A DNA stretch of 57,913 bases, filler included, from Dugesia japonica (Eukaryota): assembly GCA_001938525.1 (NCBI GenBank). It is 5 parts of 5 records of this genome, joined end to end, with 100 filler letters (N's around TTAATTAATTAA, not from the genome) between each part and the next. Parts side by side here need not be neighbours in the genome. Positions count along the whole stretch, not along the records: positions 1 to 9,012 come from MQRL01578166.1; positions 9,113 to 18,899 come from MQRL01644596.1; 3 more parts are not named here. One strand, 5' to 3'. Shown here in pieces: positions 1 through 13,800 of the stretch (positions within the stretch are counted from its first letter, which is position 1; each line of letters starts with the position of its first letter). Both the position numbers and the translations under genes were made by a program. Below the pieces are notes generated by a model. It saw only the letters and a program-made list of their open reading frames with translations, ran no database searches and had not been told where the DNA came from.

Positions 1-913
1 TAAATGATTTGCTGACAAAAAAAGTCAGGAATCAAAGTTTTCGAGAGACGTTTACAACAAGACCAGACAAAAATATATGAAGATAAAGAACATTTCCAAA
101 GCGTTGCTGGAAATGAAGATATTTACGCAATACAGAGAAGGAGTTATTCAAATGTATTAAAATGGAGACCGAAGTAGTTATGAGAGATGAGCTCAAACCA
201 GCCGACAATTAATTTTAAAATCAATAATAATGTAAGGTATGAAAAACCAATAACAGAAATTTCAACGTATCAGAGAAAATACAACGAGAAGATGTCACAA
301 CCGAAGATTACAGAAAACAGAACACGAGGTTTAAATAGAAAACCGATAGTTTCAATGAAACAGATTGCAAGATGTCATTGTAACAGATGTAGANGCAGGG
401 GTGAGCTGAAGACGGCTCGCGCGAATCGGTTGTTAAAATATTTGAAACTCGGCGAGCCGCTTGTTAAATTACCCCTAAAACCAAAAAATAAGCCATTTTA
501 ATAGAATGTTTACACACTCGCGAACACATCATGTGCGTACGTAAAATACGAAGTGCTCGGCTCTTGCTTGCGAGTGAGATACAAGTTGTGAAGCTTCGGC
601 ACACTGCACATGGTATCTCACGCTTTATTATTTCTTCGTTACTTGTTGCAATTTTATTTTTTTTATAATTTGTTCTTTTCTACAGTTTATATTTACTATA
701 AAAACTTACTTTGTTTAGTGAATTGACAATACAAAATACAATACTAATTAGTCTAATTACTAAGGTAAGTAATATAAGTAAAATTAAATTTTTAATTTAC
801 ATAAATAGACAATTATAAATTATTATTTGTAAATAATATAAATTCTAAATTCATCTAAAAATTGTTTGAATATAATGGCAGTATTTAAATTTTATATTTT
901 TTTTATTAAAAAA

Positions 914-1501
914 ATGAAGAGAATGCAAGGAAATTTATTCTTTTTCGTAAATGTCAAAAAACAAAACTCGATGAAGAAATACTAAAGAAAACAATAAATT
1001 CTGCATATGTTGAACCTATACAATCAACTTCAAATGAAACATCAGCTTCATGTTCATCGGTATCATCTACAACATCATTGANNNNNNNNNNNNNNNNNNN
1101 NNNNNNNNNNNNNNNNNNNNNNNNNNNNNNNNNNNNNNNNNNNNNNNNNNNNNNNNNNNNNNNNNNNNNNNNNNNNNNNNNNGAAAATTAGGTTGTAAAG
1201 ACTGTTCAAAAATAAAAACTTTAGAAATAGAAAATAAAAAACATATTCACGTATCAAATGAGTAGATTTCATGTTCAATAATTCCTAATGGAACTAAAAA
1301 AGACACAAGGCAAACTTTTCTGCGCAAAAAAATTAAAAACATTCCACTTCATGCTCACATTTAAAGATTCAAGAAACAATTATTCAATCTAACAAGCAAG
1401 TTTTACCAAATGTAGTTAAAACATTAAATTCTGAAGCAATTAACATTACTGTAAAGATTTTTAACACAGTTTATAGTCTCGTTAAAAAGATCATTGTCTT
1501 A
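914..1501 (+). pseudogene. hAT transposase, N-terminal part (degenerate)
   Basis: ATG at 914; LGCKDCSKI and ..KIFNTVYSLVKK just before the Gypsy LTR; reading continues after 5555. Confidence 0.6.
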
Positions 1502-1601
1502 TGTTAGATATAATATTTAAGAATATTTGTTTAAATATTATTGATTTATTATAATTTTAATAAACTTTAAAAATGTCTACTTTTGAATTACAAAATCTAA
1601 A
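1502..1601 (+). repeat. 5' LTR
   Basis: TGTTAGATATAATATTTAA...CTAA; about 8 mismatches to 5450-5549; followed by PBS TGGCGACCATG. Confidence 0.9.
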
Positions 1602-4600
1602 TGGCGACCATGTAGAAGTTAGTGCCATTACTAGACAAAGGAAAGAAGAGCGACAAAAGATTTTTAAAAATCTTCCTCGAGCTACTCAAGAAATGCTGAT
1701 TTCGAAGCCTACATTTTTTATTATTCTTCAGATACTGCAGAAGATTGGATGCAAACCACTAAGGAATTTGCCATATTTAATCAAATGGGGATTTCCTTTG
1801 CATTTATATTCTATTACGATGCAATGCCAAGGAATTGTGGCAAGAAACTAACACAAACGAGGATTTCAATTCAAATGAAACGTGCAAAAGTTGGTTTGGA
1901 TCAACATTTATTAATGATAAATCTTTGGTTGACAAAATTACAGACCTATCATCAGTTAAACACAGATGTGATGAAAAATATTGGAATTTCGAGATAACAG
2001 TAAAAAAGCTTGTTCACGATATATTTGAAAGCAAAAGATCACCAGAAGAAATATTAAGAGTTTTCATTCTGAATGGTTAGAGAAGTAAGAAACTTCAAGA
2101 ATCCTTTGCACTCCAACTAGAATTAAATGACGAAAAACGTCGCGCATTGGCTGCAAACCTTGGTGTAAAAAAGTAAAATAAAAGTAAAAGTAATATAAAT
2201 TTTGTCAACAAAAGCTATGCATGTGCAATTAAGAGATCAGCTTTTGAACCGAAATTTAATAAAATGGGAATTGATTACAGAGGACTATATTTTCATCACA
2301 AAGAAAAAAAATTTGATTTTGAACATGATTCTATAAATATCTTAGAAAATAATGAAAAAAATGTCTCACTGTGTCCATCTCGTCAGTGAGGTTTCATTAA
2401 AGAATCTTAAAGAGAAAAATCGAGATATTGATAGGAGACCTGATGTTAAACTGATGTACCAAAAAAATGGTAGAAATTGGAGCAGTGTAAATTGTAATGG
2501 AATTAGTGTAGAGATTCTGGAGCGTCTGTCTCAGTGATGAGTGAGGAAATTTGGAAGAAGATTGGTTCACCTAAAATTTAATTTTCACATGTAATGCTAG
2601 CTGGAGTATTTTCTGAGAAAAGTGAAAAATGCATAGGAAAAGCTAGAATTAAATTACTTTGGAATAAAAACCATATTGAGAAAGAAATAATTATTGTTAA
2701 GGACATTTGTCCCAATTTTATTGGTGGTATCGATATAATGGAAGCGTTTGGAATGGGAATAAAAGAGATCAATTTCATAGATTCAAAAGATGTTATATGC
2801 AAAATTAACAAACTTGATAATAAAAAAATGAATGCACTCAAGCTAAATCCCAGCAATAGAATAATTGAATTACTTGATAAATATGACCACTATTTATGAA
2901 TTCAAAATTTGATGTAGGGTTAACAAATATGACAATGCATAACATAGAAACTAAAGGAGAACCAGTATTGATAAATCCAAGAAGAAAACCAATACACTTA
3001 GAAGGCAAGATAGAAGAATTAATACAAAATCTATTATCAGCAAATGTTATAAAACCTTGTTAAAGTCCATGGAATCCTCCATTAGTGATTGTTCCAAAAA
3101 AAAGATGGTTCTCTAAGAATGTGCCTTGATTTTAGGAAATTGAATTCGGTAACTCAAAAATATTCATTTTCTGTTCCATATATAAATAAGTTATTGTATA
3201 CATTAAATGGCTCTATGTTTTTCTCCTAAATTTATCTAGGACAGGCATATTATCAAATTGAATTAACTGAGAAGTTAAAATTAAAAACAGCTTTCAGCAC
3301 AAAAATAGGAAAATTTTGATTCAATCGCATGCCGTTCGGATTATGCACCGCTCCTGCTACATTTCAAGAATTAATGCATAAAATTTCCCACAAGATGTTA
3401 TTTACTGGAGTGCTTGTTTATCTTGATGACATTTTAATTTTTGGTCAGACACAAGAAATTCATGATAAACATTTACAAAATGTGTTTGAATTAATTGGAC
3501 AATCTGGTCTAAAAATTAATCCTGAAAAATGTGTATTTAGTGTATCAAAACTCAACTTTTTTGGTTATACAATCAGTTCTAATGGTGTTGAAATAAATGA
3601 TGACATTATTAATAAAGTAAAACAAGCTGTTATTCCAAAATGTGCAACCCAAATTCGAACCTTCATAGGATTGACAAATTATTATCGTAGATTTATTAAA
3701 GACTACGCAACAATTGCCAGTCCATTATATGCAGCAATAACTGGATCAATAGAAGTCGTAGAGTGGACTGAAGAATGTGACAGCAGTTTTAAACTACTAA
3801 AAGAAAAATTATGTAGTTCTCTAATCTTGGCATTTCCAACTCCTCAAAGTAAAATGATATTAGATACAGACGCGAGTCTCAATGCAATGATTTTTGGTGA
3901 GTCAATTGTTGAGAGATGGTGTGGAGACTGTTATTGATTATGCATCTCGTCATTTGAATGATCATGAAAAGGGTTATTGTGTAACCAGAAAAGAATTATT
4001 GACCCTACACAAATTTATGATTAATTTCAAGCATTATTTCTATGGAAAAATGTTCGTCGCCCGAACTGATCATAAGGCATTAGTGTTTATGAAAAAAACA
4101 AGTAAACCAATTAGTTCACAGTTCCAGACATGGATTACAAACTTAGCAGAATTTGATTTTGATCTTCGATTTCGTAAAGGCATTGATCATTGTAATGCTA
4201 ATTATCAAGAATAGGAGAAAGTTTATGTGCTCAATGTTTGACGACTCATCACGATGTAAAAGGTGAAAAATCTAAAGTTAGAAGAATTAATATTGTAGAA
4301 AGCTCAAGTTATGATAAAGAAAGTATCATAAAAATTCAAAGTAATGATCAAATTACCAAAGAGATAATTGAATATATTAAAGATCAAAGCTTCCAAGTTA
4401 GTAAAAATTTAATTAACAGTAAATACTTCAGAGATATTGATAAATTCGTTATATATTACTGTTTTTTGATAAAGATTCGAAGAAGATTGTTTTAGCAGGT
4501 AAATCAGTGGTTAATTTAATAAATTACATTCATGAAGAGTTGTGTAACTTGGGAACGAGAAAATTAACTGAATATATTCAAACAACTTATTTTTGGCTAA

Positions 4601-5449
4601 ATATGTTCAGAAAAATTGACCATGAGTTAAAAAATGCCTAATTTGCAGTCAAAAAAAAACATACACAGGTAAAACAAAAGAATTTTTATTACCTCGAACT
4701 GAATTTGGAGCATTAGAACAGATTGTCATTGATATAGCTTATTTTGAGGAATCAAAGTTAAAGAAGACGTATGTTTTAGTCATTATAGATCGATACAGCA
4801 AACTTGTTAGTCTGTCAGCCATGGCAAAACAAGACAAAAGATCTGTAGTTGAATCAATAAAAGAGAATTAGATATATAGATTCGGCCAGCCCAAATCCAT
4901 ACTGACAGATAGAGGCAAGATATTCAAAAGAAAATTGATGAAAGGAATGTCTCAGAAATTTGGAATTGCCCAAGAATTTTCGTCTCCATACCAACATCAA
5001 TCAAATGGATTGGCAGTAAAAACGATCAGGACTCTACGTGATATGATTGTCACTACAATAAAAAGTGGATGTGAAAAAGTTAGTTGGGATAAGCGTTTTA
5101 AATACTTTATGGAAGAAAAATTATGATTCATGAACCATTACTAAATGATAATACAAGCAGTGGAGAAGTTAGAGAATTAGTTGATAAAAATTTGAAAAAT
5201 TAGGCACTGAAATTAAATGAATATGAATCAGATAAAAGAGTACACTGGAATTTTGTTGAAGGGGAAGAAGTTCTAGTAAAGGTAGAACCTCACAATTTGA
5301 AGAAAAATGGATACATATATGAAAGTCTTTTTGAAATATTAAAATTTCTAAGCCCACATTACTTGCTTTTAAATTATTCTGGAATCCCTAAACCACGAAG
5401 GATCGAATGGCTAAAGAAACAGATGTTCAAAAAGATTAAAAAGGAGGTA
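1601..5449 (+). pseudogene. Gypsy gag-pol (protease, RT, RNase H, integrase), frameshifted
   Basis: DSGASVS protease motif (~2512), MPFGL and VYLDDIL (RT), LDTDAS and RTDHKAL (RNase H), ILTDRG and SSPYQHQSNG (integrase). Confidence 0.92.
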
Positions 5450-5550
5450 TGTTAGATATAATATTTAAACATATTTGTTTAAATATTATTGATTTATTAT
5501 AATTTTTATGAACTTTGAAAATGTCTACTTTTAAATTACAAATTCTAACT
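5450..5550 (+). repeat. 3' LTR
   Basis: Copy of 1502-1601, preceded by a polypurine tract. Confidence 0.9.
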
Positions 5551-7160
5551 TTTTATATAGAAGCAGCTTTAAAATTACAAGAAAAAATGGTGTTAATATA
5601 GGAAATTGTTTATATTCCACACGCACTGCCACTAGAATTGTCAAACATATTGCGATACAGATTAAAAGAAATGTTTTTAAAAACATTATCAATCAAAATT
5701 CAAAGATTTGTATCATAATTGACGAAACTTAAGTAATTAACGAGTACTTTGGTAATATTTTTACAGTGTGAAATACAGTCTGCAATTGAACTTCTCATCA
5801 TTTTCGTAGATTTAAAAGAATTGACGTCAACAACTGCCGAAAATATTTTTATGGCGTTAATAGACTGTCTTACTATAGATTTGATAAAAATTATTTGCAA
5901 AGAAATCTCATAGAATTTTGTTCAGATGGTGCATAGAAAGAAAATCTGGAGTAGCCACAAAATTAACTGAAATGTGTCTAAATATAATCGTGTGGCATTG
6001 TTTGAATCACCGATTGCAATTGGCACTAGATGATTCCATAAGAGAAATTAAACAAGTAAATCATTTTAAAATATTTTTAGACAAAATATATACAATATAT
6101 CATCAGTCAAATAAAAACTAAGCCGAATTGGAAACTATTTTTAGTGATTTGAACCTAGAAATAATACAAATTGGTCGCGTTTTTGGACCTCGTTGGGTAT
6201 CCTGTAGCTTACGAGCAACTACTGCTGTGTGGCGAGCATACCCAGCGTAGTATAAATATTTTATCCAGTCCCAATCAAATTCAGGAATGGCCAATATATT
6301 ACCTAATACACATTTTATTGAAGATTTAGCTTTAATGAAAGGTATGTTAGAAGAATTGTCAATACTATCCAAAGCGCTACAATGAAGAAAAATTACCATA
6401 TCTAAATCTGATCAATTAATTAAACGATCAATAAGAGCTGTAGAACTACACAAGAATGATAACTTTGGTGTCTACGAAAGAAAAGTTCAAAATTTAATTT
6501 CATCTAATGATTTCAAATGCATACCATCTGATTACAATAATAAATTTGTAGCTCTTTCCAGAGAGCAATTATTAGATAGTGTGGCAAAGAATATGAAAGC
6601 AAGACTTTTATCAGCTAATCATATAAATATGGATGAGGATAAGAATGAGAACAATGAGACTGATAACTATGAAAAGGTTGTGCAGCTCTTCGATATTTTA
6701 GATCCTTCTACCTAATCATTAGATAAAATTATGTCACCATAGCTAGAAGGTGAAGAAATGGTTAGAAAATTATGTGAAAGTTTAAAGTTTCAAGTGATGT
6801 TAATGATTTTCGTGACTTTGTAGACGCAAACATGCAACTGAAAAGTTTTCAGTTACTTAATTTAATTTTAAGGGCTAAAAAATAGCAAGCACAATTGCTA
6901 CTAGCAGTTCAGAAGCTGAGAGACGTTTTAGCCTTATGAATTTAATTGCATCAAAATTAAGAAAGAGAATTACTGGTGAACATATATCCAATCTAATGAC
7001 AATAAATTTATTGGGGAAACCAATAGCAAATTTAGATGCCATTCCTTTTGTTACATCTTGAATGAACCAGAATCAAAGGTTAGCAACAGAAACAAGGGTA
7101 CTAAAAGAGCACAATAATGATTTTTCGCAAATGAACAAAGCATATGGACTCTACATTAAC
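5551..7160 (+). pseudogene. hAT transposase, catalytic and dimerisation part (degenerate)
   Basis: Motifs [37 protein letters not shown] (CxxH), GPRWVSCS and [10 protein letters not shown] (hATC), with stops and frameshifts. Confidence 0.85.
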
Positions 7161-7689
7161 TAATTAATTAATTATGCATATACATAACATAGTATGTTAA
7201 ATTTGGAATTTATCAGTTTTTTGTGCAATAAATGTTTTGTTTTGTTATATAAATTATATATTTTATACTGTACAAAAATAAATGAAGACAATGTACTCAT
7301 TTACCGTTTTTTGCTTCGAAATAATAGCGAGCCGGTTGTTTCAAATTTGGCAGTCCACCCCACTCTACAGTAAAGTGTTAGATGGGTTTGAAAAACTCAT
7401 CTGATCATTAATATCAGAACTCAAATTCATTACAAAATTTATTAAAATAAAAACTCTGACAACACTAATTGTATTTTTTAAACAAAGTAAATTACTGTTT
7501 TAAATTGGTGATCGTTTTTTAAGATTTTTTTAAAATCTATTTTAAGTCATTTGATATTTTAAATCAGATTTTTAAATAGATTTTCAATTTATTTATTTAA
7601 TTTCAAAATTTAAAACAATTACTTATTAGTAATTTATTTTTTATAAAGATTTTTAAAATAAATTATCAAGACTTTTCAGTTTGTATCTT

Positions 7690-9012
7690 CCAGGATAACG
7701 TCTGTTATGAATCTTCTTCTTGATCTTATAGGGTCTTTCATAACGATCTTGGTTCTTGTTTCAGCTTTCCCTAAGACCTCAACACCGATCTTGAATTGTG
7801 TTTTGGTTAATATTTCTTCTTCTTGTTCTTTGTGTACTCTTTGAGTATTAGTTTCATATCATTTTTTTCTGCTTATTGTCTTCCCAAATACGATTTCAGC
7901 TGGGCTTTTCCCGATAGTTTTTTCTTTTGTAGCATTTTAGGTAAATTCTATCTCTGGCACTACATCCGCCCAATCTGAGGTTTTCCTTTCTTTAAGCGTT
8001 GCATTAATCATATCTCTATAGTTCTAAACTGCCTCTTGATTTGCCCATTTGTGTTATGATTATATGTACTCAAAAAGCTGANNNNNNNNNNATGTTCAGC
8101 TGCAACATCTTTCATTGATTTTGACTCAAATTCTCAAAGATACTGCGTACTTTCCAAAGCATCTAGCATTTCATTCACATTTGGCATAGGAAAAGCTTGT
8201 CTTTCTGTTATTGCATTAAGCTGTCTAAAGTCTAAGCATAATTATATGTCTTTTTTATCCTTTTTCCAAACACAGATTAATGGAGTATTCCATTCCGAAT
8301 TACACTTCCGGATGATACCATTGTCATATAGATTCTTGATGTCCTCTTCAATCTTTTCCTCTAGATTCATTGGTTGGTGATACGATTATTCGCGCAATGC
8401 AATCGTTCTTCGCTTTTCTCAAACATTGTTTCTCCAAGTCTATTAAATCCTTTCAAGATCATCACATTTATTCTTGCTCCTGTATCCAAAAAACAGTCAA
8501 ACTGTTTACCCTTGATCATAACTCAAATGCTAGGTCTCCATTGCATTTTATCATACGAAATTTCTACATTATGTTTCTCTTCAATTATTCCTATCACTTC
8601 TGCTTTGTTAACTTCCGCATGATTGAAACTTTCTCTTTTTAGGAATCTGTAAACGTTTTCTCTCACTTTACTCGTCTCATCCCATTTCTCAGCCTCTTGA
8701 GGATATTCAAACTGTAACTCGTTTAATGGATGGCTCAGACCAACTCCTCTACTGATGGAGCCCTGCCTTTTGGGTATTCTCTTCTTGGATTTTCATTTTC
8801 TTAGAAAATCTCTCAAACATTCTTCTGCTCTGTGACCTGGTCTTTTACATCTACCGCATACAATCTCTGTGCATATCCTTCATATCCTTCTGATATGACC
8901 AATCTTACCACACCCAAAACATTTTGGTGGTTTCCTGTGTGGACAATTTCTACTTAAATGTCCTTTTTCGTGACAAGTCTAACATTTCACATGAGAATTT
9001 TTTGGACACTCT
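7690..9012 (-). mobile_element. Gypsy remnant (gag zinc knuckles, partial RT, integrase tail), internally deleted
   Basis: The minus strand gives several CCHC knuckles (8820-9010), SEWNTPLICVWKKDK and LDFRQLNAITERQAFPMPN (RT), and TIGKSPAEIVFG (integrase). Confidence 0.8.
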
Positions 9013-9112
9013 NNNNNNNNNNNNNNNNNNNNNNNNNNNNNNNNNNNNNNNNNNNNTTAATTAATTAANNNNNNNNNNNNNNNNNNNNNNNNNNNNNNNN
9101 NNNNNNNNNNNN
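9013..9112. other. Synthetic contig linker (44N-TTAATTAATTAA-44N)
   Basis: Six-frame stop spacer, identical in structure to three others in the window. Confidence 0.97.
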
Positions 9113-10665
9113 CCCTTATTTTCATCTTTGAACTTGCCAATTTGAGCAGTTAAGGCTGTTGAAAATAGAGGATCATCTTGCTTGTATTTGGACGTGTCCA
9201 TGAGTTTATCTTTAATCATCGCCGGTAAGAGTTGATCACGCAGACTCACATTTTTACACTCCTAAAAAAACTGTCCGTATCGCCCATGACAATGTTGATT
9301 TCGCAGTTGAACGTTTTGCGATAGGACTCCAACTTGTGATATTGCAGTTCATACATATACAGTTTTGAGAGATGAATAACTGCTTGACCGATATATTATG
9401 GTCTATTTAGCGTGACCATATCTTTATCCATGAGTATCGCTAGGAGGTCATCAGCTATTACAATCGTATTCTTAAATTGAGGTTTGCTTGAATAAGTGAG
9501 AAGCTTCTTTTCTGTATTGCATAATCGAACATTCATTCTTTTTAAAAGGTTTTCCACAGTTTTCCTATATAAACTGTTATTCTTCAATTTGTAGAAACCT
9601 TTTTCAAACGGAGCTTTAGCTTCAGCACGTTTTTGAGAATTGATATCAGTAAAAGACTTGAAAACTTGCCCTTGTTTAAAGTAAATTGCTCTATGAATCT
9701 TCTCTATTTGAGCTTTCAACTGTAAATACATCTGAAGCAGTTGGTAATGGACAATATAATTTTTCTTGTCTTCATGTGTTAAGAGCAGCTTTTTACTTTG
9801 CTGTCTGGAGGGCATTTATTCACTGGATCAAGAGGTAGCTGATCCAATTTGTCATGTTCTTCGGGTGGTATTGACAAATCTACCTCGAAAATTAAGCCAT
9901 TTTCTTCATTTACACAATCCATGTTTGGGAGATTTTCAATGAGTTTCTGTAAATCTTGATCTTCTAATATCCATTTGAAGTCACTGTAAGGTAATGGTTG
10001 ACTCAGCGCCCACCCATAGAGATTATTTATGTCAATATATAGTAAACTTGTTGTTTCGTTTGCTATAACTTGATGTTTGTTGACAAATGTAATACCATCT
10101 CTAATGCCGGATTGAAAGAAGAAGTGCATTTCAGGGTCTTGTAAAAGCTCGATTTTTAGTGGACATGTTTTAATTGGAATAGCCCAACTTAAAGCCGGTA
10201 TCGAAACGAAGTTGGAGGCTTCAAGACCATCTTGTTTCATTACTTGTTTTCTGAACTTTTCAAAAATATCGGCCAGCAAGTATATGTCAAGCTTCATATA
10301 AATGAGCATATACTGCAANNNNNNNNNNNNNNNNNNNNNNNNNNNNNNNNNNNNNNNNNNNNNNNNNNNNNNNNNNNNNNNNNNNNNNNNNNNNNNNNNN
10401 NNNNNNTGAATTGATTTCAATTGTTCAAAGGATTTGGCATACGTATACGAGAACACACCCTTTCTGTTAATTATATTAGATGGGAAATCTGTTTTTGTGA
10501 TGAGATAATCATCAAGATTAGAAGCTAATGTTTTCAAAGACGCTGAGAGAAATTGAAACGAATCTAAAGATTTTATAGAGACTGTTTTTTATTTTTTCAT
10601 GTTGATATAAACAGTTAAAGTTGAAAAACGTTCCTTCGTTTGCGGGATAATGCTCAAATTGTATG
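9113..10665 (-). pseudogene. Polinton/Maverick-type protein-primed family B DNA polymerase (degenerate)
   Basis: YMKLDIYLLADIFEKFR; motif A LYIDINNLYGWALSQPLP; motif B KLKNNSLYRKTVEN; uninterrupted motif C MGDTDS (9270-9287); GKFKDE. Confidence 0.9.
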
Positions 10666-10812
10666 NNNNNNNNNNNNNNNNNNNNNNNNNNNNNNNNNNN
10701 NNNNNNNNNNNNNNNNNNNNNNNNNNNNNNNNNNNNNNNNNNNNNNNNNNNNNNNNNNNNNNNNNNNNNNNNNNNNNNNNNNNNNNNNNNNNNNNNNNNN
10801 NNNNNNNNNNNN

Positions 10813-13800
10813 GGTCTCTCACTTATTTTTCACATATCTTCTTGCATAAATAGCATTCGGTAGCATTTTCAAAATCTTTTTTTGCTGCCTCGTTAATGGT
10901 AACATTGAGACTTTGGCATTTTCATACCAGTGCGAGACCTTGGTTTTTACAATAGATTCCAATGCAGTGATGAATTGAAAGATGCATTCTGGTCCTGTAA
11001 ATTCTTGTTATACTTGAAAACATTTATTGCCAAATCCGGATTGTTCCTCTCGAACTTGGGAATATTTTTGATTTTAGGTTTAGCTCTTACTACTTGTTCT
11101 TTTGTTCTACCTATCTATGTCTGTGTCCTTTGACAATGTACACATCCTTGGATTACGACCTTAATTTTATCTCCCCATTTAATCTTTGCCCATTGACTTC
11201 TAATGTATTCTGACGATTTTTTGACTCCTGTATGACATAACATTTTATGCATTCTCATCACTTCATTTTTGCACCCTTCCTCATTCCATTCAATTTTATC
11301 TTAAACCTTCATTGGGGTCATTTCCTGCAGAATCCTTGTTTAAATCTTTTCCTTCATCGCCCTTTCATGGAACAAATGAGATTGTGTGCAGTTATTACAC
11401 ATAGGTCTGGACAACAAATCTGCATTTCTGTGTAATTCTTCTTTTCCATATAATAACTATATGTCTAGGCTACTCAAATAATTCACCTATGTTTGAAATT
11501 CAGCTGTAATTGGCTTCGTTGTTCCCAACATAAAAGTGATTGCCTTAAGATCGGTTCACAATCAAAATCGCTTCCATAGAAATTATGCTTAAACGAATTG
11601 CAGAAATAGTACGCTGTCAATAATTCCTTTCTCGTTGTGCAATAACCTTTTTCCTAGTTAGTCAATGCGTGCGATCCATGCGCAATACCTCTTTCTTTAT
11701 TGTTATCATTCATTTAAGATAATACTGCTTCTATGGTCTCAAAACTAGCATTCTTGTTCAATGTAAATGTTTTGTCTAAATCTGGGAATGCCAGTAAAGG
11801 TATTAAAGTTAATGCCATTTTTATACCTTCAAAAATTCCGTCTAATTCGTCATTCCATAATAATTTTGTATTACTGGAACTACTTCATAACTGCTTCAAC
11901 TTTCTCGCTTTCGCCTCATAACCTTTAATAGATTTTTGTAATAGTTACAAATCCCAAGAAAACTACGCATATTTTTTTGCATAGTTCGGCCTTCCAAATT
12001 CTTTGATAGCTTTTAACTTTGCCGGATCTGTTTTTATCCCCTCTGCACTCACGATATAACCCAAAAATTTAATTTCTCATTTTAAAAATTCACATTTTTC
12101 TAAATAAATTCTCTGCCCAGCATTGATTATCCGTCCCAATGCCTCCTTCACTCGAGCGTAATGACTTTATTTGTCTATAGAGAAAATTAAAATATTGTCG
12201 AGATATACCATCACCTCATCGATATTATCTATTACTTTTCTCATCTTGAAAGGTTCCCAGAGCAGGGGCTATCCTAAAAGGCGTTTGCGTGAAACAATAC
12301 TGTCCATGTTTAAAGCCGTTTTTTCTTGCAAGTCTTTTTCTAGATCTACTTGGTAGTATTCATTGCCTAAGTTGATCGAGTTGAAATACACATTTCCATA
12401 TAATAAATCTAACATTTCATCTACATTAGGCATCGGAAATTCTTGTCTTTTTTTAATTACGTTAAGCCTTCTAAAATCTAGACTAAGTTGTACATCTTTC
12501 TTTTTCCTCTTCAATATGCAAATTAATGGTGTATTCCACTGTGAATTACATTTCCGAATGATACTGTTTCCCCCACAGTTTCGAATTGTCTTTTCCATGT
12601 TATTCTCTAAATCCATCAGAGTTCTATACGGTTTTACCTTTAGTGGCTCACCTTCTGTCACAATTCTATGCTTCACAATGTGAGTGCATCCTACATCCCA
12701 TTTTGACGTAAAGAAGCACTTATCCGCCGTTTACAAATTACCTGTAAACAAATGTCATCCCGCATTTCAATTGCATTTTTACTGGCTCACATCCATCACT
12801 TTCCGTTGCTTCCTTACCAAATCGTGTTTCAATGTTTTCTACTAATTTTTTATTATTTATCTCTCTAGATAAATTTTTTCTTTATGTAACTGAAATCCAA
12901 AAATACGTTATTTATACAAAATTTATCCCTGCAATAAAATCTAGTAAACATTTTTTTCGCTACTATAAATTCCACTTCCGGTTTGCTCTCACCTAATTGC
13001 ATCTCCAATTGTACTTTCCCTTTGATAACCAGACCACTGCTATTAGCACAATGCAATTTCATCTCACGAGGTATTACTTTTGCTTCTGGCCATCTCTCCA
13101 AACATTTTTTGCTGCTTACATAAATGCGCCCTCCCATTTTCAATTGGCATTTTAGCTCAACTTCGTCGATAGTTATCCTCACACTTGAACTAACCTGTAA
13201 TCTATCAAATCTAATCTCTACTTCTTGTTTTACTGACAATACGCCCCTCATTCTACGTCACATTCCAATTGAAACTTAACCTTCCTCAAAAACCTATACA
13301 CTTTTTCACAAACATTTTCTCTATTTTCTCACGTCTCCACTCTTAGAGGATCCTCTTTAGCTGTATTTACTAATAATTTGCCCTATCAACTCCTTTTTTG
13401 GTGGAGCCTTTTCATTTGGGTGCGATGACTCTGACCAATTTTCTTTTAACCTGTCCTCAAGTTGCTCCCTCGCATCTATCGCTTCAACTGTATTAAAATA
13501 TCCAAATTGCTTTTTTTGTTTTTGTCTCCCTTTAGTTCTTAACTCCTTCTGATCACTTTTTCCAACTTTTCAGCATCTTGTTGTTTTATGACCTGCTCTA
13601 ACACAACGGAAACATTTCAACTTTGAACATTCATTTCTCATTTTCCTCAACTCACAGCAACCGAAACATCTTCCTCGTTGATTTCTTTTACAATTTCTAC
13701 TCAAATGTCTTTTCTGATGAAACAATCAACATTGTTTAGATTCTCCTCGAAGACCCTGAGCTTTCATATGGCCTTTCTTATGACATCCTTAACATTCAAT

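Larger units (their letters stand above)
1502..5550 (+). mobile_element. Full-length compact Ty3/Gypsy LTR retrotransposon (~4.05 kb)
   Basis: Two ~100-bp LTRs (1502-1601, 5450-5549), PBS TGGCGACC at 1602, PPT AAAAAGGAGGTA before 5450, 5-bp TSD TCTTA/TTTTA, and gag-PR-RT-RH-IN order. Confidence 0.92.
396..7361 (+). mobile_element. hAT-family DNA transposon (KIAA1586-like transposase), interrupted by a Gypsy insertion
   Basis: The left end CAGGGGTGAGCTG (396) is imperfectly inverted by the right end CAGTCCACCCC (7351-7361). GCGAGCCG/CGGTTGTT subterminal motifs occur at both ends, with transposase remnants inside. The TSD is not cleanly resolvable (N at 394). Confidence 0.75.

Noticed and set aside
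187-501. 104-aa ORF as a gene
   Set aside because: Chimeric: a probable retroelement gag fragment reading into the hAT left terminus at 396.
9057-9068. Recurring TTAATTAATTAA palindrome as a biological motif
   Set aside because: Always flanked by exactly 44 N on each side: an artificial six-frame stop spacer.
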